Assembly (NCBI GenBank): GCA_035650655.1
Contig: DASRHG010000027.1
Location: forward strand, 32,750-96,749
DNA from: Candidatus Binatia bacterium
GTDB taxonomy: Bacteria; Desulfobacterota; Binatia; DP-6
Direction: 5' to 3'
DNA: 64,000 nt
Both the position numbers and the translations under genes were made by a program. Positions 43,733-51,576 of this stretch are shown here, piece after piece. Position 1 is the stretch's first letter. The number at the start of each line of letters is the position of its first letter. The notes beneath the pieces are model-generated. The model saw only the letters and a program-made list of their open reading frames with translations. It had not been told where the DNA came from and ran no database searches.

Positions 43733-44103
43733 CGCGGGTTCGCCGCCGCGAGCTTCTCCTGCACCGTCGCCCGCACGTGGGCGCGCACGGCCCGCGCGCC
43801 GTCGAGCTCGCCGCGGCGGATCCGCTCCGCGAGCGCAGCCGTCGCCGCGTGGATCGCGGCGCGCGCCGCCGCCGCCCCCTCGGGCATCGGCGCGCCGGGA
43901 CGGCCCTCGAGCGCCGCGAGCCTGGTCCACTCGGCACGGAGCGCGTCCTCCTCGCCCGCGAGCTCGCGGCCGACGATCGCGAGCACGTTCGCCGCGACCC
44001 GGGCGTGGAAGCGGAGCCGGCCGTCGAGGGCGGGCACCACCTCGCGGTCGAGAAACTCCCGCACGACGTCGAGCAGCTCGAGCGCGGTCGGCCGGTCCTG
44101 CAT
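43696..44103 (-). CDS. small helical protein (DUF6285/LvaB-like), coupled to the APH-family kinase
   Basis: GGAGG lies upstream of ATG 44103, which overlaps the kinase stop (ATGA). 135 aa. Confidence 0.65.
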   Translation of the reverse strand: MQDRPTALELLDVVREFLDREVVPALDGRLRFHARVAANVLAIVGRELAGEEDALRAEWTRLAALEGRPGAPMPEGAAAARAAIHAATAALAERIRRGELDGARAVRAHVRATVQEKLAAANPRYLAGAPSDRTE

Positions 44104-45071
44104 CACGATTCCTCCGTGAGGTCGAGGAGCTCGAGCTCCATCTCGGCGACCCGGCGCCCGAGGCTCGCGAGCTCGACGTTGCGCATGCCGCCGACGAGCA
44201 CGCTCGCCGCCTGCATGAGGCAGATCACGGCCCATTTGAGGTTCCCGAAGACCTCCCACCACCGAACGGCGCGCGGGTCGGGCGCGCGGGCGGCGACGCG
44301 CGCGTATGCGTCGAAGAAGGGCTCGCGCGCCGCGAGCCCGCCGACGGGATTGCGGTCGGCGCCGAAGCGCCATGACCGGACGCAGATCCAGCCCAGGTCC
44401 TCGGCCGGATCCCCCGCGTGCGCGAGCTCCCAGTCGAGGACCGCGCGCAGGCCCTCGGGACCGAACATGACGTTCCCGATCCGGAAGTCGCCGTGGACGA
44501 CCGCGAGCGCCTGCGGCGCGGGGACGCGCGCGGCGAGCCAGCGGAACGCGAGCTCGAGCGCGGGATGCGGATCGAGCGCGACCGTCCGGTAGATCCCCTC
44601 CCAGCGCGCGAGCTCCGCGGCTCCCGGCGCCGTCCCCTCGGGCGGCCGTTCGAGGAACGCGAGCGAGGCGAGCGGCAGCGCGTGGATGCGGGCGAGCGCG
44701 GCCGCGAGCTCGCCCGGCAGCGCCGCGCGCGCACCGGCGTACTCGGCGTCGCGGAGGAGGCGTCGCGGAAGCGTCTCTCCCGCGACGAACTCCATCACGA
44801 AGAAGGGCGCGTCGAGGACGGCGGGGTCCTCCTCGCACCAGAGGACGCGCGGCACCGGGATGCCGCCCGCGGCCGCCGCGCGCAGGAGGTCGAACTCCGC
44901 GCGGCGGCTCGTCTGGATCCGGTGGCCGGGCGGGTCGCGCCGGAGCACGAGCCGCTCGGTCCGCCCGTCGCCCCGCCGCACGTCGAAGACCCACGAATCC
45001 CGCGATGCGCCGCCGGGCAGGCGCGCGAGGCCCTCGATGGCGACGGTCTCGTCGCCGAGCCGTCGGCGCAC
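44103..45071 (-). CDS. APH-family phosphotransferase (acyl-CoA-dehydrogenase-associated / LvaA-like kinase)
   Basis: It has the catalytic loop VVHGDFRIGNVMF and the DWE motif (AVLDWELAHAGDP). The start is uncertain. GTG 45071 is the first canonical start not overlapping the upstream gene, but protein-like sequence (ADLAARLAAVV) continues upstream of it. Confidence 0.75.
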   Translation of the reverse strand: MRRRLGDETVAIEGLARLPGGASRDSWVFDVRRGDGRTERLVLRRDPPGHRIQTSRRAEFDLLRAAAAGGIPVPRVLWCEEDPAVLDAPFFVMEFVAGETLPRRLLRDAEYAGARAALPGELAAALARIHALPLASLAFLERPPEGTAPGAAELARWEGIYRTVALDPHPALELAFRWLAARVPAPQALAVVHGDFRIGNVMFGPEGLRAVLDWELAHAGDPAEDLGWICVRSWRFGADRNPVGGLAAREPFFDAYARVAARAPDPRAVRWWEVFGNLKWAVICLMQAASVLVGGMRNVELASLGRRVAEMELELLDLTEES

Positions 45072-45096
45072 GACGGCGGCGAGCCGTGCGGCGAGG

Positions 45097-46098
45097 TCAG
45101 CCGACGTGGTCCAGGTACTCCGACCAGCCGTAGCCGATGCGGTCGCCCCACCGCCACTCCGTGAGCCCCTCCGCGATCCGCGTCGTGACGCCGTTCCGCC
45201 GGTTCCGGAGCGGCACCATCGCGAGGACACGCCCCTCGACGCGCTCGGGCGGTCCGCCGTCCTCGGGATGGAGGAGCGCCGTGAGCGACTCGTGCAGCCC
45301 TTCGGCCCCCGCGCGCGACTCGACCTCGACGCGCGCGAGGAGGCGGTTCGCCACGCCGCGCCGGTAGAGGTAGCCGCCCTCGACGACGCGGCCGTCGCGC
45401 TGCACCGTCCGCGCCGCCGCGATGCCGGCGTCCGCGCCGAAGCTCATCGTGAGCCAGCGGTAGTGGTCCGGCGCCTGCCAGTAGCGCGGCCCCCAGGAGT
45501 GGTCGCGCAGCCCGAAGCCGTCGATCGCGATCTCGCGGCCGTCGAGCACGACGCGTCCGACCGCGCGTCCGTGCTGCTCCAGGTGCCCGCGCGCGAACTC
45601 CTGCCCCGCCTTCTCGACGCGGACGCTCACCCATCGCCCGTCGCGCTCCTCCCGCGGCTCGCCGCCGAAGCCGGGCGAGAGCCCCTCGTACCGGAGCTCG
45701 ATCGCGACGGGTCGCAGGGGGTTCTCGGCGAACGCGCGCCGCGGGTCGAGGAGGTCGAGCGGCCGGGCCATGACGCAGCACGGGCCGTCGTAGCGGATCG
45801 CGTGCTCGACGAACGGCGTCTGGACCGTGAACGCGAGCCCGCCGGCGTCGAAGCGGTCGGTCGCGCGCACCTCGGGCCGCCGGAACATGAACGCCGCGGA
45901 GCCGTCGGGGAGGTAGAGGCACACGGTCATCTCGCCCCGTCCCTCGTTCGGGCGCAGCCCGAGCCGGACGAAGCCGCCGAACCGCACCGCCGGGTCGTAG
46001 AAGTTGTAGTACGCGCTCTCGTTGAAGTTCGGCTCGCCCGTGTTCGGATGCATGAAGTCGTCGTCGTCGAGGAGCACGGGGCGGATCGACGTCGTCAT
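45097..46098 (-). CDS. hypothetical protein (333 aa)
   Basis: Internal ATG 46098 overlaps the stop of the 72-aa ORF (ATGA). Composition is balanced and it carries the motif GLRDHSWGPRYW. I did not recognise the family with confidence. Confidence 0.65.
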   Translation of the reverse strand: MTTSIRPVLLDDDDFMHPNTGEPNFNESAYYNFYDPAVRFGGFVRLGLRPNEGRGEMTVCLYLPDGSAAFMFRRPEVRATDRFDAGGLAFTVQTPFVEHAIRYDGPCCVMARPLDLLDPRRAFAENPLRPVAIELRYEGLSPGFGGEPREERDGRWVSVRVEKAGQEFARGHLEQHGRAVGRVVLDGREIAIDGFGLRDHSWGPRYWQAPDHYRWLTMSFGADAGIAAARTVQRDGRVVEGGYLYRRGVANRLLARVEVESRAGAEGLHESLTALLHPEDGGPPERVEGRVLAMVPLRNRRNGVTTRIAEGLTEWRWGDRIGYGWSEYLDHVG

Positions 46099-46313
46099 CG
46101 GAGCGTCCTGTCGGTCGCGAGGGCGTCGAGGACTCGTAGCACATCCGCGAAGGCAGCGTACGCCTCGTGCGCGACGCCCCGGGCGCGACCGCGGTCGAGG
46201 AGCGGGCGGCCGCGTTCGGCGAAGACGGCGGCGGCGGGCGCGAGCCGGGCGCCGCCGCCCACCGGCTCGCCGAGGGTGCGGGGCGGGAGCCGCGCCGGGT
46301 CGAGCGCCGTCAC
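46095..46313 (-). CDS. 72-aa ORF coupled at both ends (listed in the track only as part of a 789-aa artefact)
   Basis: GTG 46313 overlaps the stop of the aldolase/SDR gene (GTGA), and its own TGA overlaps the next ATG (ATGA). Hand-counted GC3 is ~90 %. The sequence is ..AAVFAERGRPLLDRGRARGVAHEAYAAFADVLRVLDALATD.. Confidence 0.55.
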   Translation of the reverse strand: MTALDPARLPPRTLGEPVGGGARLAPAAAVFAERGRPLLDRGRARGVAHEAYAAFADVLRVLDALATDRTLR

Positions 46314-48433
46314 CGCGGGAACGCCTCGGCGACGCCGCCGTCGACGGGGAGCGTGGCACCCGTCGTCGGCGTCGCGTTCGAGGCGAAGAAGACGACCGCG
46401 TTGGCGACGTGCTCGGGTGTGACCGTCGCCTTCAAGAGGTTCCGCTCGCGGTAGAACGCCTGGAGCTCCGACGGGTCGAGCCCGCGCGACCGCGCGCGCG
46501 CCGGTCCGACCTCCTGCCAGAGGCCCGACGGGCGCCGGGCGTCGCCGAAGACCGCGTCGGCGTTGATGAGGTTGACGCGCACGCCGGCGGGAGCCAGCTC
46601 GAGCGCCGCCACCTTCGCGAGCTGGTGGGCGCCGGCCTTCGACGCGCTGTACGCGCCGAAGTCGGCGCCCGGCGCGAACACGTTCTTCGACGAGTTCACG
46701 ATCACGTGCCCGCCCGTTCCCTGCCGCCGCAAGAGCGCCGCCGTCTCGCGGAGGACGAGGAACGCCCCGGTGAGGTTCACCTCGACGACGCGCCGGAAAT
46801 CCGCCGGCGCAAGCGCCGCGATCGGGCCCACGTGCGCGATGCCGGCGTTCAGCACGACGACGTCGAGCCCGCCGTAGAGCCGGCACGCCTCCGCGACGCC
46901 CTCGGCGACGGCGCGCTCGTCCGTCACGTCCATCACGACGCCCGCCGCGACACCGCTGCGCTTCGGGTCGAGCTCCGCGACCGCGGCGTCCACGCGCTCG
47001 CGCGCGAGGTCCGTCACGACGACGTGCGCGCCCGCCTCGACGAGCTTCCGGCACACCGCGAACCCGATCGCCCCGGTCGCGCCCGTCACGAGCGCCGCCT
47101 GCCCCGCCAGGGGCGGCTCCTTCGCCTTCCCGAGCTTCGCCTGCTCGAGGCTCCAATACTCCATGTCGAAGAGGTCGCCGTCGGCGAGCGCCGTGTAGCG
47201 CCCGAGGTCGTTCGCGAGCGCCTTCGCGACGACCGTGTGCTCGGCGATGTCGGCCGCGATGCGCGCGTCCTTCTTCGTACGTCCCGCCGCCACGATGCCG
47301 ATGCCGGGGACGAGGAGGACCCGCGGATGGGAGTCGAGCTTCGTGACCGTCGTCCGCGCGCGCGCCGCGTTCGCCGCGAAATACGCGTCGTACGCCTCGC
47401 GATACCGCGCGACGGCCGCGGCGACCCGCTCGCGGAGCCGCGCGTCGTCGTCGAGCGGCAGGTCGGCGAGGAAGAGCGCGGGGCCCTTCGTCCGGATCAC
47501 GTGGTCGGGCGTGAGCGGCCCGCGCGCGGCGAGCTCCGCGGCGTCGGGGCGCGCGAGCGCGGCCAGGATCTCGGGGCTCGCCCGGTGCTCGAGCACGACG
47601 CGGCGCCACGTGCGGTCGCCCGGCGTCGCGCCGCCGCCCGGCTCGGCCAGCGCGCCGCGGACGACGGGGGCGAGCGCGGCAAGCGCCGGCCCCACGCGGT
47701 CCAGGTCCGCGCCGCGCCCGACGACCCGGCGCTCCTTCGCGCGCCGGGCGACGAGCTTCTCCGCGCGGTCGACGCCCGCGATCATGCGCTCGTACGCCGT
47801 GCGCGCGTCGTCGGCGAAGGTGAAGAGGCCGTGGTTCAGGAGGACGAGGCCCTCGACCTTCGGGTCGCGCTCGTACACCTCGGCGGCGAGCTTCGCGAGC
47901 GCGAAGCCGGGCATGACGTACGGCACGATCGCCCACCGGGGCCCGAACGCCTCGCGCACCATCTCCTCCGCCTCCGCGCGCGGCTGGTTCGTCACGACCA
48001 GCGCGATGTCGGCGTGCGTGTGGTCGATGAAGCGGTGGGGGAGGAAGGCGTGCAGCAGCGTCTCGACGGAGGGGTTCGGCGCGCCGGCGTCGAAGAGGTG
48101 CGTGCGGAGCTGGTTCACCATCTCCTCGTCCGAGAGCTCGGGGAGCGCGCGGAGCTTCCGGAGGTGGGCGAGGTCCACGGCGGGCAGGCCCGGCGGCTCG
48201 ATCGTGTCGAGGTCCCAGCCGCTCCCCTTCACGAAGAGCGCCTCGACGCGCTCGCCGACGAGCGTCGTGACGGTGCCTTTCAGGGACGTGTTCCCGCCGC
48301 CGTGCATCACGAGGTCGGGGTCGCGGCCGATGAGCCGCGAGGTGTAGACGCGGAGCGCCAGCTCCTCGCCCCACCGCGGCGCAAGCCGCTCGACGAACTC
48401 CGCCGCTTCGCGATCCGACCAACGACTCTCCAT
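46310..48433 (-). CDS. bifunctional class II aldolase/adducin-domain + short-chain dehydrogenase (SDR) fusion
   Basis: GGAGGGA lies upstream of ATG 48433. The N-terminal part has LVMHGGGNTS and HTHAD. The C-terminal SDR has TGATGAIG, NAG and YSASKAG. Confidence 0.88.
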   Translation of the reverse strand: MESRWSDREAAEFVERLAPRWGEELALRVYTSRLIGRDPDLVMHGGGNTSLKGTVTTLVGERVEALFVKGSGWDLDTIEPPGLPAVDLAHLRKLRALPELSDEEMVNQLRTHLFDAGAPNPSVETLLHAFLPHRFIDHTHADIALVVTNQPRAEAEEMVREAFGPRWAIVPYVMPGFALAKLAAEVYERDPKVEGLVLLNHGLFTFADDARTAYERMIAGVDRAEKLVARRAKERRVVGRGADLDRVGPALAALAPVVRGALAEPGGGATPGDRTWRRVVLEHRASPEILAALARPDAAELAARGPLTPDHVIRTKGPALFLADLPLDDDARLRERVAAAVARYREAYDAYFAANAARARTTVTKLDSHPRVLLVPGIGIVAAGRTKKDARIAADIAEHTVVAKALANDLGRYTALADGDLFDMEYWSLEQAKLGKAKEPPLAGQAALVTGATGAIGFAVCRKLVEAGAHVVVTDLARERVDAAVAELDPKRSGVAAGVVMDVTDERAVAEGVAEACRLYGGLDVVVLNAGIAHVGPIAALAPADFRRVVEVNLTGAFLVLRETAALLRRQGTGGHVIVNSSKNVFAPGADFGAYSASKAGAHQLAKVAALELAPAGVRVNLINADAVFGDARRPSGLWQEVGPARARSRGLDPSELQAFYRERNLLKATVTPEHVANAVVFFASNATPTTGATLPVDGGVAEAFPR

Positions 48434-48582
48434 CGACGGTGCTCCCTCCGCGAAAGGCGCCCACAGTAGGCGGCCGGCGCGCGCCTTTTCAAGCCGTCGC
48501 GCGACCGGTATCACGGACGCCGTGCGCGCCCGGCCGCGGACGTGCACGCGGTCCACGGCCTCGGCAGGGAGGGACGCGACGC

Positions 48583-48978
48583 ATGACCCCGCTCACGAGC
48601 GACGACCGGCTCGCCATCGGCGAGGTGCTCGCGACGTACTGCCACTGCCTCGACCAGGGACGATGGGACGAGCTGCGGGCGCTCTTCGTCCCCGACTGCC
48701 GCCTCGACTTCGGCGCGGTGCTCGGCGTCTTCGAGGGACCCGACGGCCTCCGGCGCTTCACCGACCTCCTCGCCGGGCTCGGCCTCTTCATGCGGCACTA
48801 CACGACGAACGTCGTCGTCCGCGGGGACGGCGAGCGCGCGCGGGCGGAATCGTACGTGCTTGCGATCACGGGTCCGTCGGACGGCCGGCACACGGCGACC
48901 GGACGGTACGAGGACGAGCTCGTGAAGCGCGACGGGCGCTGGCTCCTCCGCTCCCGCCGCGCGCTGCTCGAGGCGTGA
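48583..48978 (+). CDS. SnoaL-like / NTF2-superfamily protein
   Basis: GGGAGGGA lies upstream of ATG 48583. 131 aa with the pattern D...I..VLA.Y....D.G.WDEL..LF..D and ..Y.DELVKRDGRWL. Confidence 0.7.
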   Translation: MTPLTSDDRLAIGEVLATYCHCLDQGRWDELRALFVPDCRLDFGAVLGVFEGPDGLRRFTDLLAGLGLFMRHYTTNVVVRGDGERARAESYVLAITGPSDGRHTATGRYEDELVKRDGRWLLRSRRALLEA

Positions 48979-48984
48979 GCCGCG

Positions 48985-49182
48985 CTATTCGGCCGCGGCC
49001 TGGGTGCGACGGCGGCGGTTCTTCGACCCCGGCGGACGCCCCGGGCCGCGTCGTCGGCCGCGGCGACGGCGCCGCGTCTTCGTGCCGCCCGTGCTGCTGC
49101 CGAGCAGGTTCTGAATCGCTCGACCGACCTCCTGCTTCACGAGATCGCGGATCACCGTGATGAGACTCTTCTGCCGAGGCAT
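48985..49182 (-). CDS. small basic protein with AT-hook-like motif
   Basis: A strong GGAGGAGG lies upstream of ATG 49182. 65 aa with a C-terminus RRRRRGRRRGPGRPPGSKNRRRR (GRP-GSKN core as in HMGA AT-hooks). Confidence 0.65.
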   Translation of the reverse strand: MPRQKSLITVIRDLVKQEVGRAIQNLLGSSTGGTKTRRRRRGRRRGPGRPPGSKNRRRRTQAAAE

Positions 49183-49272
49183 CGTCGACCTCCTCCGTGG
49201 GCGCGCCTGCACCTAGCCCACGACCCGCATGAGAGCAAGCCGCATTTCCGGCTAGGAGACGGGGTCGGTCTC

Positions 49273-49857
49273 CTAGTGTGGCGGCCGGTCGACGTCGACG
49301 TGCAGCGCGCCGACGTGGATGAGATCGCACCCCGTGGCCCGGCCGCGGACGTCGACGACGCCCGGGAGCGCGCCCGCGATGCGACCCGACGTCCGGTACG
49401 CGTACGCGTGTACGGGGGCGTAGACGTCCGCGGCGCGCGCGTCGGGATGCGTCTCTTCGGCTTCGGACACGTCCTCGACGCGGACCCCCGCCGGCAGCGC
49501 CACGAACAGCGCGTCGCGGATGCGAGCCGCCGCGTCGCGCGCGAACGCCTCGGCGCGGAACGCGAAGTGCGCGCCGCGGACGTCGCGGGGATGTTCGGCG
49601 CGCAGCCCGAGCGCCTCGCCGTGCACGTCGATCGCGTCGGCGAGCGACGCCACGACCTCCGCGGGCGCGAAGAACGCGTGGTGCGAGCCCTCGCCGAGGA
49701 GCTCGCGGAGGCGCTCGCCGAGCGACGCCGGCTCGAGACCGACGTCCGCGCCGAAGAAGCCGCCCGCCTGCGCGCCCGCGAGGAATCCCTCCACGAACGC
49801 CCGCGCGGCGTCCTTCGAGCCCGCGATCACGAGCTCCTGCCACGTCGTCCCGGCCAT
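49273..49857 (-). CDS. hypothetical protein (194 aa)
   Basis: Internal ATG 49857 lies 11 nt downstream of the permease stop. Composition is acidic/Ala-rich but balanced. Confidence 0.55.
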   Translation of the reverse strand: MAGTTWQELVIAGSKDAARAFVEGFLAGAQAGGFFGADVGLEPASLGERLRELLGEGSHHAFFAPAEVVASLADAIDVHGEALGLRAEHPRDVRGAHFAFRAEAFARDAAARIRDALFVALPAGVRVEDVSEAEETHPDARAADVYAPVHAYAYRTSGRIAGALPGVVDVRGRATGCDLIHVGALHVDVDRPPH

Positions 49858-49868
49858 GTCGCCCGTCC

Positions 49869-51236
49869 TTAGCCGAAAAAGACCCAGGTGGCGATCCCGA
49901 ACGCGGGCAGCAGGACCGGCACCGTGTAGCGCGCGATGTATCCGAAGAACGACGGCATCGGCACGCCCGCCTCCTCGGCGATCGACTTCACCATGAAGTT
50001 CGGCGCGTTCCCGATGTAGGTGTTCGCGCCCATGAAGACGGATCCCGTCGCGATCGCCTGGAGGAAGCCGTGGTTCTCGCCGACGAGCCGGGCGACGGCC
50101 GCCGGCTCGGGCACGCCCGGGTAGAGGCGGCCGAGCGCCGTCGAGAGGAAGGCGAGGTAGGTCGGCGCGTTGTCCAGGAACGACGAGAGCGTGCCGCTCG
50201 CCCAGAAGAAGTGCGCGGGCTCGCGGACGTGCCGGATGACCGGTGCGAACGCGCCCGCCTCGCCCGCGCGCAGCATCGCGAGCGCGGGGATGATGGTCGC
50301 GAAGATGCCCCCGAAGAGGATCGCGACCTCGCGGATCGGCTCCCAGGAGAACCCGTTGTCCTCCCGGACCCGTGGGCTCGTGAGGCGCCACGACGCGGCG
50401 AGGAGGACGAGGAGGACGGCGTCGCGCACGAGGTTGCCGGTCGACTGGTGGACGCCGAGCACGACGAGCTCGCGGCCGTGCCAGAGCCCCGAGGCCGCGA
50501 CGGCGGCGACGACGCCCGCGAGCAGGAGGAGGTTGAGCGCCCCGTCGAGGCGCAGCGGCTCGCCGAGGCCTCGCCGCGGGCGCGCGCGGACGAGCGCGTC
50601 CTCGCGACGCCAGCAGCGGAGCTCGACGGCGAGGTAGAGGGCGAGGACGATCGCCGCGACGAGCGCGAGCTCGTCGACGAGCCCGAGCGTCCAGAAGAAG
50701 GGCACCCCGTGGAGGAAGCCGAGGAAGAGCGGCGGGTCGCCGAGCGGTGTCAGCGCGCCGCCGATGTTCGCGACGAGGAAGATGAAGAAGACGACGGTGT
50801 GCGCGCGGTATCGGCGCTCCCGGTTCGCCCGCAGGAGCGGGCGCACGAGGATCATCGACGCGCCGGTCGTCCCGACCCACGACGCGAGCACGGTCCCCGC
50901 CGCGAGCAGCGTCACGTTGACGCCGGGGGAGCCCCGGAGCGTCCCGCGCAGGTAGACGCCGCCCCCGATCGTGAACAGCGTCGCGAGCAGGATGATGAAC
51001 GGCACGTAGTCGACGACGGCGACGTGCGCGAGCTCGTGGAGCGCGGTGTCGCCGTACGCGAGCACGAACGGCACCACGAACGCGGCCGCCCACGCGGCCG
51101 CGACCTTCGGGTAGTGCTCGTGCCAGAAGGCCGGCGCGAGGAGCGGGAAGAGCGCGATCGAGAGCAGGATTCCCGCGAAGGGGATGGCGCTCCAGACCGG
51201 CAGCAGCGTCCCGAGCTCGACGGGCGTGGCCGGCAC
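49869..51236 (-). CDS. ArsB/NhaD-superfamily (CitMHS-like) permease, putative Na+/H+ antiporter
   Basis: 455 aa and polytopic throughout, with motifs ..GGALTPLGDPPLFLGFL.. and ..NAPTYL.F. The start is GTG. Confidence 0.7.
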   Translation of the reverse strand: MPATPVELGTLLPVWSAIPFAGILLSIALFPLLAPAFWHEHYPKVAAAWAAAFVVPFVLAYGDTALHELAHVAVVDYVPFIILLATLFTIGGGVYLRGTLRGSPGVNVTLLAAGTVLASWVGTTGASMILVRPLLRANRERRYRAHTVVFFIFLVANIGGALTPLGDPPLFLGFLHGVPFFWTLGLVDELALVAAIVLALYLAVELRCWRREDALVRARPRRGLGEPLRLDGALNLLLLAGVVAAVAASGLWHGRELVVLGVHQSTGNLVRDAVLLVLLAASWRLTSPRVREDNGFSWEPIREVAILFGGIFATIIPALAMLRAGEAGAFAPVIRHVREPAHFFWASGTLSSFLDNAPTYLAFLSTALGRLYPGVPEPAAVARLVGENHGFLQAIATGSVFMGANTYIGNAPNFMVKSIAEEAGVPMPSFFGYIARYTVPVLLPAFGIATWVFFG

Positions 51237-51547
51237 TAGTCGCGCTTCTCGCCGACCCGCACGCGGTCGGCGATCCGCTTGAGCTCGCGCTCGGTCAAGA
51301 TGCCGCGCGTGACGAGGTCCTGCGGCGACTCGTACGGACGGCCCTCGACGATCCGTTCGGCCATGCTCGGCGTGATGCCGGGCAGCGTCTTGATCTTCCG
51401 GAGCGGCGCACGGTTCAGGTCGTAGACGGGCGGCTTGCTCGGCTCGCGATGCCGATGCGGCATCCAGCGACGAACCGAGGCGCAGCCGAGCGGTCCCGAG
51501 GCGACGGCGAGTCCGAGCGACACGAGCAGAACACGACCTCCTCTCAT
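51236..51547 (-). CDS. ComEA-like helix-hairpin-helix lipoprotein (second copy)
   Basis: Internal ATG 51547, lipobox SGPLGC, and the HhH motif YDLNRAPLRKIKTLPGITPSMAERIV. Confidence 0.7.
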   Translation of the reverse strand: MRGGRVLLVSLGLAVASGPLGCASVRRWMPHRHREPSKPPVYDLNRAPLRKIKTLPGITPSMAERIVEGRPYESPQDLVTRGILTERELKRIADRVRVGEKRD

Positions 51548-51576
51548 GGGCGCGAGAGAGTACCGGCCGCGAGGGT

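Noticed and set aside
45072-45230. The upstream ATG 45230 as the start of the APH-family kinase.
   Set aside because: It would overlap the preceding 333-aa gene by ~134 nt and adds junk-like sequence (MSSRWCRSGTGGTASRRGSRRGS..). The true start remains uncertain: GTG 45071, or a non-canonical codon just after the upstream stop at 45097.
48979-48999. A GC hairpin (GCCGCG-9 nt-CGCGGC) between convergent genes, considered as a bidirectional terminator.
   Set aside because: It has only a 6-bp stem, a large loop and no U-tract on either strand. It also overlaps the 3' end of the AT-hook gene, so the evidence is insufficient.
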